DNA of 64,000 bases, taken from the NCBI GenBank assembly GCA_963678315.1, contig OY782781.1:1792001-1856000 (forward strand), in the 5' to 3' direction. Position 1 is the first letter of the stretch. Each line of letters begins with the position of its first letter. The notes under the pieces were generated by a model that saw nothing but the letters and a program-made list of their open reading frames with translations, did no database searches and was not told the origin of the DNA. The DNA is from Candidatus Cloacimonadales bacterium. Lineage in GTDB: Bacteria > Cloacimonadota > Cloacimonadia > Cloacimonadales > JAFGVF01. Of the stretch, positions 19,219-28,877 are shown one piece after another. The position numbers were made by a program, and so were the translations under genes.

Positions 19219-20292
19219 TTAAATTACTTCACTAATCTTTTCAGTTTTTTTGAAGTGCTCATTTTCTAAATCTTCCATTTCACTTAAAGCTTTATTAAGC
19301 AGTTCAACTCTTTCAGAATAAGGAATAAAAGCTGATTTAAAACCATTGATAATAATGTTTTTAACATCTTTATATGTTAAATTCAACTTCTCAATAACAA
19401 ACATAAATTCATCAGTCATTGTTGTGTTAGAAACAGTTCTATTATCAGTATTTAAAGTTACTCTTAAACCGTAATCCAAGTAGAATCCTAGTGGATGAAC
19501 TTCTAATGATGACACTGCTTTTGTATGGAAGTTACTTTTAAAACATATTTCTAAAGGAATTCTGTGATCATTAACATAGTTTAACAAATCACCATCTTCG
19601 ATTAACCTAGTGCCATGCCCAATTCTATGTGTTCCGCAATAGTGAAGAGCCTGATGTATTGATTCAGGACCGTAGGCTTCACCAGCATGAATAGTGATGT
19701 TTAAATTGTTTTTAAGCGCTAATCTAAAAGCCTCTTCATGATCTTTAGCTGGATAATTATACTCAGCTCCAGCTAAATCAAAGCCAATAACACCCTTGTT
19801 TTTATAAGCAACAGCCAGTTCAGCTAATCTTAGAGAAGTCGCTGGGTTAATATTTCTTATACCACAAATTATCACAGCTGTCTTTATATTATAGTCATGT
19901 TCTGCTCTTCTTAATCCCTTTATTACCGCATCAGAAATTTCTGTTAGCTTCAAGCCATTGTTAGTGTGCAGAATAGGTGAGTAGCGAACTTCTATATATC
20001 TTACATTTTCTTTAGCTGAATCTTCAGCAAGTTCGTAAGCAGCTCTTTCAAGTCCTTCTTGATCTTGAAGAACTAGATTAGCAATGTGGAAACCTTGTAA
20101 ATACTCATCTAAACTCTTACAATCATCTCCACAAGAAACCATTTCCATTAACTTATCTTTATCCATGGTAGGAAGCTTTATATTATTTTTCTTGGCTAAT
20201 TCTAGCATTGTATCGATTCTAACTGAACCATCTAGGTGCACATGTAAATCACTTTTAGGTAATTTTTCAACAAATTCTCTTGTTAATTTCAT
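19219..20292 (-). CDS. add: Adenosine deaminase
   Basis: LPKSDLHVHLDGS, GFDLAGAE, HAGE, RIGHG, NTDN; GGAGGA before ATG 20292. Confidence 0.93.
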   Translation of the reverse strand: MKLTREFVEKLPKSDLHVHLDGSVRIDTMLELAKKNNIKLPTMDKDKLMEMVSCGDDCKSLDEYLQGFHIANLVLQDQEGLERAAYELAEDSAKENVRYIEVRYSPILHTNNGLKLTEISDAVIKGLRRAEHDYNIKTAVIICGIRNINPATSLRLAELAVAYKNKGVIGFDLAGAEYNYPAKDHEEAFRLALKNNLNITIHAGEAYGPESIHQALHYCGTHRIGHGTRLIEDGDLLNYVNDHRIPLEICFKSNFHTKAVSSLEVHPLGFYLDYGLRVTLNTDNRTVSNTTMTDEFMFVIEKLNLTYKDVKNIIINGFKSAFIPYSERVELLNKALSEMEDLENEHFKKTEKISEVI

Positions 20293-20703
20293 TTTTCCTC
20301 CATTAATTTTATATAATATGAGTGACAAGTGCTTTATTGTCAAAGTTTATCTAGATTTTTTTTTATTTTCTTGTTCTTGTGTGTATCCATTGATAGCTCC
20401 AAAATATTGATTTTAATGAGCCAAAACACGTTATCAGACTCACATAATAAATACAATTATTTAGAAATGAAATATTATAATAAGTATAAACATCTGGATA
20501 AAACTTTTCTTGACACATCTATTTAAGCACTCTTTCATTGGCTTATCAATAAATGATTGTATTCTAAATAAAGAGGTTGTTATGATAAGGTCTATATTTT
20601 TACTTCAACTACAATTTCTACAACTATGCCAAATTTTAACTATAACTATTTCATTACATATCAATAATAATCTAAAAGTTACAATACCTACTAAGGAGCC
20701 CCC

Positions 20704-22320
20704 ATGTATAAATTTTTAATTACTATGCTATTTTTTATAAGCTTATTATGCTGTTTTGCTGAAAATGAAATGCCTATAATGTATACCTTTCAAGGCCCTT
20801 GGGAAGGATCAAAATATGGTAAATTAATGACCTCGTTAGATTTCAATGCTGATGGTATTGATGACTTACTTATCTTTTCTAATGGAAATCCAGAAAACTA
20901 TCATAATGAAGTATATATCCACTATGGAGGAGAAACTTTTTCACCAGTTGCAGATGATACACTAAAAGCTATTTGCACTGGACAATTTTATTTAGGGCTT
21001 TTTGCTACAGGAGATGTTAATGGTGATGGTTATGATGATTTTGCAACTTTTGGAAGAACACCAAATATCGACAATGCCTACACTTATAACTTTTACTACG
21101 GTGGCCCAAATCCTGATTTACTTGTAGATCACCAATGTAGCTACTATGTCGGACAATCAGCAGGATATGACTGGTCTTATCCTAAAATGATCTCATGCCT
21201 TGGAGATGTTAATGGTGATGGCTGTGACGAACAAGGTATCATCTTGGAAAGAGGGTATAACGAATCATCATTTGCTTTACTAACAGGTGGAAGCTTTGAA
21301 ATGTTAGAAGTATATCCTAGTGAATATAATTTAGGCTCTCTAGATATCGACCCACTAGGAGATTTAAACAATGATGGCTATGATGATTTTTCTATAGGTT
21401 ACTGGATATATCCAGAATATAGTTATACCTATGTCTATTGGGGCAATCCTGATTTTGATTTTAATCAACATGATAGTATTGCTATCTACAATCATTCTTC
21501 AATTTCTTATCATTTTTCAGGAAGTCTTGGAGTTGGAGACTTCAACAATGATGGCTATGATGATTTTATCTATCCTCGTCAAGACAATTTAAGTAACCAT
21601 GGTTATGGCCTTAAGTTAATGACTAATGATTTACATCAAGCCCAAGGTTTTCCACTACAAAGACCTTCTTACCACCCTTACTATATAAATAATGAAAGCT
21701 ACAATGGACGCTACATCAAACATGGAGATTTTAATGGAGATGGTTATAGTGATATAGTTGGAGCAAATCCTTCTGCATATTTAAATGATGGTATCGCTGG
21801 AGTTTGGTTAGGAGGTCAAGTCCCTAATGGCACTTGTGATTTAACTTTAAATGAGGTTAGTCAGCAAGCTGACCAATTTGGATATTCTTTAGCAGTAGGC
21901 GATTTTGATAATGATGGTTATGATGATATTGCTATCTCAGAGCCCTTCATGGTTTCAGGATGGGATCAGTTTGGCTTTGTAACTATATTTAGTGGATCCG
22001 ACCAACTAACTGATACAACAGTGGCTAATGACGATACAGAAGAAGTCATAAAAGATTCATTAAAACTAAATTTATATCCAAACCCTGTAAAATCTAATAA
22101 CTTACAACTTAATTACGAAATTAAAGGAGACATCCCTAAGAATTGTTTAACCTCAAAAATGGATATATACAATTTAAAGGGACAGAAAGTACAAAGTAAT
22201 AATATCAATATCGTTAGCAAATCTGGAACTGTAGAACTAAACTCTATAGCTTCAGGAATGTACTTAGCTAAAATTAAAATCAATAATGAGATTATCTCAG
22301 CTAAATTCATTGTTAAATAA
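20704..22320 (+). CDS. Secreted FG-GAP repeat protein with T9SS type-A-like CTD, array copy 1 (V1 allele A)
   Basis: Signal peptide, seven D-x-[ND]-x-D-G-x-x-[DE] motifs, CTD LYPNPV...YNLKGQKV...ASGMY...KFIVK. Confidence 0.88.
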   Translation: MYKFLITMLFFISLLCCFAENEMPIMYTFQGPWEGSKYGKLMTSLDFNADGIDDLLIFSNGNPENYHNEVYIHYGGETFSPVADDTLKAICTGQFYLGLFATGDVNGDGYDDFATFGRTPNIDNAYTYNFYYGGPNPDLLVDHQCSYYVGQSAGYDWSYPKMISCLGDVNGDGCDEQGIILERGYNESSFALLTGGSFEMLEVYPSEYNLGSLDIDPLGDLNNDGYDDFSIGYWIYPEYSYTYVYWGNPDFDFNQHDSIAIYNHSSISYHFSGSLGVGDFNNDGYDDFIYPRQDNLSNHGYGLKLMTNDLHQAQGFPLQRPSYHPYYINNESYNGRYIKHGDFNGDGYSDIVGANPSAYLNDGIAGVWLGGQVPNGTCDLTLNEVSQQADQFGYSLAVGDFDNDGYDDIAISEPFMVSGWDQFGFVTIFSGSDQLTDTTVANDDTEEVIKDSLKLNLYPNPVKSNNLQLNYEIKGDIPKNCLTSKMDIYNLKGQKVQSNNINIVSKSGTVELNSIASGMYLAKIKINNEIISAKFIVK

Positions 22321-22338
22321 CTTATAGAAGGAGCCTCC

Positions 22339-23955
22339 ATGTATAAATTTTTAATTACTATGCTATTTTTTATAAGCTTATTAAGCTGTTTTGCTGAAAA
22401 TGAAATGCCTATAATGTATACCTTTCAAGGCCCTTGGGAAGGATCAAAATATGGTAAATTAATGACCTCGTTAGATTTCAATGCTGATGGTATTGATGAC
22501 TTACTTATCTTTTCTAATGGAAATCCAGAAAACTATCATAATGAAGTATATATCCACTATGGAGGAGAAACTTTTTCACCAGTTGCAGATGATACACTAA
22601 AAGCTATTTGCACTGGACAATTTTATTTAGGGCTTTTTGCTACAGGAGATGTTAATGGTGATGGTTATGATGATTTTGCAACTTTTGGAAGAACACCAAA
22701 TATCGATAATGCCTACACTTATAGCTTTTACTACGGTGGCCCAAATCCTGATTTACTTGTAGACCACCAATGTAGCTACTATGTCGGACAATCAGCAGGA
22801 TATGACTGGTCTTATCCTAAAATGATCTCATGCCTTGGAGATGTTAATGGTGATGGCTGTGACGAACAAGGACTTATCCTTCAAAGAATAGGACTAGAAG
22901 CATCAATAGGACTTTTAGTAGGAGGAAGCTTTGAAATTTTAGAAGTTATCCCAGCTGGATTAATTTTTTCTTGTATAGATATCGATCCACTAGGAGATTT
23001 AAACAATGATGGCTATGATGATTTTTCTATAGGTTACTGGATTTATCCAGAATATAGTTATACCTATGTCTATTGGGGCAATCCTGATTTTGATTTTAAT
23101 CAACATGATAGTATTGCTATCTACAATCATTCTTCAATTTCTTATCATTTTTCAGGAAGTCTTGGAATTGGAGACTTCAACAATGATGGTTATGATGATT
23201 TTATCTATCCTCGTCAAGACAATTTTTCTAATAATGGTTATGGCCTTAAGTTAATGACTAATGATTTACATCAAGCCCAAGGTTTTCCACTACAAAGACC
23301 TTCTTACCATCCTTGTTATATCTACGATGATGGCTACAATGGGCATTACATCAAACATGGAGATTTTAATGGAGATGGTTATAGTGATATTGTTGGAGCA
23401 AATCCTTCTGCATATTTAAATGATGGTATCGCTGGAGTTTGGTTAGGAGGTCAAGTCCCTAATGGCACTTGTGATTTAACTTTAAATGAGGTTAGTCAGC
23501 AAGCTGACCAATTTGGATATTCTTTAGCAGTAGGTGATTTTGATAATGATGGTTATGATGATATTGCTATCTCAGAACCCTTCATGGTTTCAGGATGGGA
23601 TCAGTTTGGCTTTGTAACTATATTTAGTGGATCCGACCAACTAACTGATACAACAGTGGCTAATGACGATACAGAAGAAGTCATAAAAGATTCATTAAAA
23701 TTAAATTTATATCCAAACCCTGTAAAATCTAATAACTTACAACTTAATTTCGAAATTAAAGGAGACATCCCTAAGAATTGTATAACCTCAAAAATGGATA
23801 TATACAATTTAAAGGGACAGAAAGTACAAAGTAATAATATCAATATCGTTAGCAAATCTGGAACTGTAGAACTAGACTCTATAGCTTCAGGAATGTACTT
23901 AGCTAAAATTAAAATCAATAATGAGATTATCTCAGCTAAATTCATTGTTAAATAA
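22339..23955 (+). CDS. Secreted FG-GAP repeat protein, copy 2 (V1 allele A)
   Basis: Same scaffold as copy 1; different V2/V3 blocks. Confidence 0.88.
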   Translation: MYKFLITMLFFISLLSCFAENEMPIMYTFQGPWEGSKYGKLMTSLDFNADGIDDLLIFSNGNPENYHNEVYIHYGGETFSPVADDTLKAICTGQFYLGLFATGDVNGDGYDDFATFGRTPNIDNAYTYSFYYGGPNPDLLVDHQCSYYVGQSAGYDWSYPKMISCLGDVNGDGCDEQGLILQRIGLEASIGLLVGGSFEILEVIPAGLIFSCIDIDPLGDLNNDGYDDFSIGYWIYPEYSYTYVYWGNPDFDFNQHDSIAIYNHSSISYHFSGSLGIGDFNNDGYDDFIYPRQDNFSNNGYGLKLMTNDLHQAQGFPLQRPSYHPCYIYDDGYNGHYIKHGDFNGDGYSDIVGANPSAYLNDGIAGVWLGGQVPNGTCDLTLNEVSQQADQFGYSLAVGDFDNDGYDDIAISEPFMVSGWDQFGFVTIFSGSDQLTDTTVANDDTEEVIKDSLKLNLYPNPVKSNNLQLNFEIKGDIPKNCITSKMDIYNLKGQKVQSNNINIVSKSGTVELDSIASGMYLAKIKINNEIISAKFIVK

Positions 23956-23974
23956 CTTTTAAGAAGGAGCCCCC

Positions 23975-25591
23975 ATGTATAAATTTTTAATTACTATGCT
24001 ACTTTTTATAAGTTTATTAAGCTGTTTTGCTGAAAATGAAATGCCTATAATGTATACCTTTCAAGGCCCTTGGGAAGGATCTTACTATGGTGAGTTTGTT
24101 ATATCATTAGACTTCAATGCAGATAACATCGACGATTTGTTAATATATAATGCTGGAGAAGAAAATCTGTACAATGGGGTTATTGATATCCATTTTGGAG
24201 GAAACGAATTTGGAATAGTCCCAGATTTACAGTTAGAGGGTACTTTTTTAGGGGAGCATGGAAAAGGATTATATGCTGTGAATGATGTTAACGGTGATGG
24301 TTATGAAGATTTCGCGACACTGAGTCCATCTGCAAATATCGACAATGCCTACACCTACAACTTTTACTACGGTGGCCCAAATCCTGATTTACTTGTAGAC
24401 CAGCAATGTAGCTACTATGTAGGACAATCAGCAGGATATGACTGGTCTTATCCTAAAATGATCTCATGCCTTGGAGATGTTAATGGTGATGGCTGTGACG
24501 AACAAGGACTTATCCTTCAAAGAATAGGACCAGAAGCATCAATAGGACTTTTAGTAGGAGGAAGCTTTGAAATTTTAGAAGTTATCCCAGCTGGATTAAT
24601 TTTTTCTTGTATAGATATCGATCCACTAGGAGATTTAAACAATGATGGCTATGATGATTTTTCTATAGGTTACTGGATTTATCCAGAATATAGTTATACC
24701 TATGTCTATTGGGGCAATCCTGATTTTGATTTTAATCAACATGATAGTATTGCTATCTACAATCATTCTTCAATTTCTTATCATTTTTCAGGAAGTCTTG
24801 GAATTGGAGACTTCAACAATGATGGCTATGATGATTTTATCTATCCTCGTCAAGACAATTTTTCTAATAATGGTTATGGCCTTAAGTTAATGACTAATGA
24901 TTTACATCAAGCCCAAGGTTTTCCACTACAAAGACCTTCTTACCATCCTTGTTATATCTACGATGATGGCTACAATGGGCATTACATCAAACATGGAGAT
25001 TTTAATGGAGATGGTTATAGTGATATTGTTGGAGCAAATCCTTCTGCATATTTAAATGATGGTATCGCTGGAGTTTGGTTAGGAGGTCAGGTCCCTAATG
25101 GCACTTGTGATTTAACTTTAAATGAGGTTAGTCAGCAAGCTGACCAATTTGGATATTCTTTAGCAGTAGGCGATTTTGATAATGATGGTTATGATGATAT
25201 TGCAATCTCAGAACCCTTTATGGTTTCAGGATGGGATCAGTTTGGCTTTGTAACTATATTTAGTGGATCCGACCAACTAACTGATACAACAGTGGCTAAT
25301 GACGATACAGAAGAAGTCATAAAAGATTCATTAAAATTAAATTTATATCCAAACCCTGTAAAATCTAATAACTTACAACTTAATTTCGAAATTAAAGGAG
25401 ACATCCCTAAGAATTGTTTAACCTCAAAAATGGATATATACAATTTAAAGGGACAGAAAGTACAAAGTAATGATATCAATATCGTTAGCAAATCTGGGAC
25501 TGTAGAACTAAACTCTATAGCTTCAGGAATGTACTTAGCTAAAATTAAAATCAATGATGAGATTATCTCAGCTAAGTTCATTGTTAAATAA
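23975..25591 (+). CDS. Secreted FG-GAP repeat protein, copy 3 (V1 allele B)
   Basis: Same scaffold; V1 begins YYGEFVI. Confidence 0.88.
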   Translation: MYKFLITMLLFISLLSCFAENEMPIMYTFQGPWEGSYYGEFVISLDFNADNIDDLLIYNAGEENLYNGVIDIHFGGNEFGIVPDLQLEGTFLGEHGKGLYAVNDVNGDGYEDFATLSPSANIDNAYTYNFYYGGPNPDLLVDQQCSYYVGQSAGYDWSYPKMISCLGDVNGDGCDEQGLILQRIGPEASIGLLVGGSFEILEVIPAGLIFSCIDIDPLGDLNNDGYDDFSIGYWIYPEYSYTYVYWGNPDFDFNQHDSIAIYNHSSISYHFSGSLGIGDFNNDGYDDFIYPRQDNFSNNGYGLKLMTNDLHQAQGFPLQRPSYHPCYIYDDGYNGHYIKHGDFNGDGYSDIVGANPSAYLNDGIAGVWLGGQVPNGTCDLTLNEVSQQADQFGYSLAVGDFDNDGYDDIAISEPFMVSGWDQFGFVTIFSGSDQLTDTTVANDDTEEVIKDSLKLNLYPNPVKSNNLQLNFEIKGDIPKNCLTSKMDIYNLKGQKVQSNDINIVSKSGTVELNSIASGMYLAKIKINDEIISAKFIVK

Positions 25592-25609
25592 CTTATAGAA
25601 GGAGCCCCC

Positions 25610-27223
25610 ATGTATAAATTTTTAATTACTATGCTATTTTTTATAAGCTTATTAAGCTGTTTTGCTGAAAATGAAATGCCTATAATGTATACCTTTCAAG
25701 GCCCTTGGGAAGGATCAGCCTATGGTAGAGATGTAATATCACTTGACTTTAACGCTGATGGAATTGATGACTTTATGACAACAGCTCAAGCAGAAGTAGA
25801 TAATCTGTATAACGTATATATCCACTATGGCGGAGAAAACTTCTGTCCTGTTCCAAATGATACTCTTCAAGTAGGTTATGATAATATTTATAGAATAGGT
25901 TTGTTTGCTACAGGAGATGTTAATGGTGATGGTTATGATGACTTTGCAACTTTTGGTAGATACCCTAATCAAGAAATAGAATACACCTACAACTTTTACT
26001 ACGGTGGCCCCAATCCTGATTTACTTGTAGATCACCAATGTAGCTACTATGTCGGACAATCAGACGGATATGACTGGTCTTATCCTAAAATGATCTCATG
26101 CCTTGGAGATGTTAATGGTGATGGCTGTGACGAACAAGCTATCATCTTGGAAAGAGGGTATAACATAGCATCCATTGCTTTACTTAGAGGAGGAAGCTTT
26201 GAAATTTTAGAAGTTATCCCAGCTGGATTAATTTTTTCTTGTATAGATATCGATCCACTAGGAGATTTAAACAATGATGGCTATGATGATTTTTCTATAG
26301 GTTACTGGATTTATCCAGAATATAGTTATACCTATGTCTATTGGGGCAATCCTGATTTTGATTTTAATCAACATGATAGTATTGCTATCTACAATCATTC
26401 TTCAATTTCTTATCATTTTTCAGGAAGTCTTGGAATTGGAGACTTCAACAATGATGGTTATGATGATTTTATCTATCCTCGTCAAGACAATTTTTCTAAT
26501 AATGGTTATGGCCTTAAGTTAATGACTAATGATTTACATCAAGCCCAAGGTTTTCCACTACAAAGACCTTCTTACCATCCTTGTTATATCTACGATGATG
26601 GCTACAATGGGCATTACATCAAACATGGAGATTTTAATGGAGATGGTTATAGTGATATTGTTGGAGCAAATCCTTCTGCATATTTAAATGATGGTATCGC
26701 TGGAGTTTGGTTAGGAGGTCAAGTCCCTAATGGCACTTGTGATTTAACTTTAAATGCGATTAGTCAAGCCCCAGACCAATTTGGATATTCTTTAGCAGTA
26801 GGTGATTTTGATAATGATGGTTATGATGATATTGCTATCTCAGAGCCCTTCATGGTTTCAGGATGGGATCAGTTTGGCTTTGTAACTATATTTAGTGGAT
26901 CCGACCAACTAACTGATACAACAGTGGCTAATGACGATACAGAAGAAGTCATAAAAGATTCATTAAAATTAAATTTATATCCAAACCCTGTAAAATCTAA
27001 TAACTTACAACTTCATTACGAAATTAAAGGAGACATCCCTAAGAATTGTTTAACCTCAAAAATGGATATATACAATTTAAAGGGACAGAAAGTACAAAGT
27101 AATAATATCAATATCGTTAGCAAATCTGGAACTGTAGAACTAGACTCTATAGCTTCAGGAATGTACTTAGCTAAAATTAAAATCAATAATGAGATTATCT
27201 CAGCTAAATTCATTGTTAAATAA
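25610..27223 (+). CDS. Secreted FG-GAP repeat protein, copy 4 (V1 allele C)
   Basis: Same scaffold; V1 begins AYGRDVI; 537 aa. Confidence 0.88.
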   Translation: MYKFLITMLFFISLLSCFAENEMPIMYTFQGPWEGSAYGRDVISLDFNADGIDDFMTTAQAEVDNLYNVYIHYGGENFCPVPNDTLQVGYDNIYRIGLFATGDVNGDGYDDFATFGRYPNQEIEYTYNFYYGGPNPDLLVDHQCSYYVGQSDGYDWSYPKMISCLGDVNGDGCDEQAIILERGYNIASIALLRGGSFEILEVIPAGLIFSCIDIDPLGDLNNDGYDDFSIGYWIYPEYSYTYVYWGNPDFDFNQHDSIAIYNHSSISYHFSGSLGIGDFNNDGYDDFIYPRQDNFSNNGYGLKLMTNDLHQAQGFPLQRPSYHPCYIYDDGYNGHYIKHGDFNGDGYSDIVGANPSAYLNDGIAGVWLGGQVPNGTCDLTLNAISQAPDQFGYSLAVGDFDNDGYDDIAISEPFMVSGWDQFGFVTIFSGSDQLTDTTVANDDTEEVIKDSLKLNLYPNPVKSNNLQLHYEIKGDIPKNCLTSKMDIYNLKGQKVQSNNINIVSKSGTVELDSIASGMYLAKIKINNEIISAKFIVK

Positions 27224-27242
27224 CTTTTAAGAAGGAGCCCCC

Positions 27243-28859
27243 ATGTATAAATTTTTAATTACTATGCTACTTTTTATAAGTTTATTAAGCTGTTTTGCTG
27301 AAAATGAAATGCCTATAATGTATACCTTTCAAGGCCCTTGGGAAGGATCTTACTATGGTGAGTTTGTTATATCATTAGACTTCAATGCAGATAACATCGA
27401 CGATTTGTTAATATATAATGCTGGAGAAGAAAATCTGTACAATGGGGTTATTGATATCCATTTTGGAGGAAACGAATTTGGAATAGTCCCAGATTTACAG
27501 TTAGAGGGTACTTTTTTAGGGGAGCATGGAAAAGGATTATATGCTGTGAATGATGTTAACGGTGATGGTTATGAAGATTTCGCGACACTGAGTCCATCTG
27601 CAAATATCGACAATGCCTACACCTACAACTTTTACTACGGTGGCCCAAATCCTGATTTACTTGTAGACCAGCAATGTAGCTACTATGTAGGACAATCAGC
27701 AGGATATGACTGGTCTTATCCTAAAATGATCTCATGCCTTGGAGATGTTAATGGTGATGGCTGTGACGAACAAGGACTTATCCTTCAAAGAATAGGACCA
27801 GAAGCATCAATAGGACTTTTAGTAGGAGGAAGCTTTGAAATTTTAGAAGTTATCCCAGCTGGATTAATTTTTTCTTGTATAGATATCGATCCACTAGGAG
27901 ATTTAAACAATGATGGCTATGATGATTTTTCTATAGGTTACTGGATTTATCCAGAATATAGTTATACCTATGTCTATTGGGGCAATCCTGATTTTGATTT
28001 TAATCAACATGATAGTATTGCTATCTACAATCATTCTTCAATTTCTTATCATTTTTCAGGAAGTCTTGGAATTGGAGACTTCAACAATGATGGCTATGAT
28101 GATTTTATCTATCCTCGTCAAGACAATTTTTCTAATAATGGTTATGGCCTTAAGTTAATGACTAATGATTTACATCAAGCCCAAGGTTTTCCACTACAAA
28201 GACCTTCTTACCATCCTTGTTATATCTACGATGATGGCTACAATGGGCATTACATCAAACATGGAGATTTTAATGGAGATGGTTATAGTGATATTGTTGG
28301 AGCAAATCCTTCTGCATATTTAAATGATGGTATCGCTGGAGTTTGGTTAGGAGGTCAGGTCCCTAATGGCACTTGTGATTTAACTTTAAATGAGGTTAGT
28401 CAGCAAGCTGACCAATTTGGATATTCTTTAGCAGTAGGCGATTTTGATAATGATGGTTATGATGATATTGCAATCTCAGAACCCTTTATGGTTTCAGGAT
28501 GGGATCAGTTTGGCTTTGTAACTATATTTAGTGGATCCGACCAACTAACTGATACAAAAGTGGCTAATGACGATACAGAAGAAGTCATAAAAGATTCATT
28601 AAAATTAAATTTATATCCAAACCCTGTAAAATCTAATAACTTACAACTTAATTTCGAAATTAAAGGAGACATCCCTAAGAATTGTTTAACCTCAAAAATG
28701 GATATATACAATTTAAAGGGACAGAAAGTACAAAGTAATGATATCAATATCGTTAGCAAATCTGGGACTGTAGAACTAAACTCTATAGCTTCAGGAATGT
28801 ACTTAGCTAAAATTAAAATCAATGATGAGATTATCTCAGCTAAGTTCATTGTTAAATAA
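27243..28859 (+). CDS. Secreted FG-GAP repeat protein, copy 5 (V1 allele B)
   Basis: Translation differs from copy 3 at one visible residue (DTT vs DTK). Confidence 0.85.
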   Translation: MYKFLITMLLFISLLSCFAENEMPIMYTFQGPWEGSYYGEFVISLDFNADNIDDLLIYNAGEENLYNGVIDIHFGGNEFGIVPDLQLEGTFLGEHGKGLYAVNDVNGDGYEDFATLSPSANIDNAYTYNFYYGGPNPDLLVDQQCSYYVGQSAGYDWSYPKMISCLGDVNGDGCDEQGLILQRIGPEASIGLLVGGSFEILEVIPAGLIFSCIDIDPLGDLNNDGYDDFSIGYWIYPEYSYTYVYWGNPDFDFNQHDSIAIYNHSSISYHFSGSLGIGDFNNDGYDDFIYPRQDNFSNNGYGLKLMTNDLHQAQGFPLQRPSYHPCYIYDDGYNGHYIKHGDFNGDGYSDIVGANPSAYLNDGIAGVWLGGQVPNGTCDLTLNEVSQQADQFGYSLAVGDFDNDGYDDIAISEPFMVSGWDQFGFVTIFSGSDQLTDTKVANDDTEEVIKDSLKLNLYPNPVKSNNLQLNFEIKGDIPKNCLTSKMDIYNLKGQKVQSNDINIVSKSGTVELNSIASGMYLAKIKINDEIISAKFIVK

Positions 28860-28877
28860 CTTATAGAAGGAGCCCCC

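Noticed and set aside
20329..20719. ORFs 20329-20526 and 20510-20719 upstream of the array as leader peptides
   Set aside because: Non-ATG starts, no SD and no motif; this is AT-rich divergent promoter DNA.
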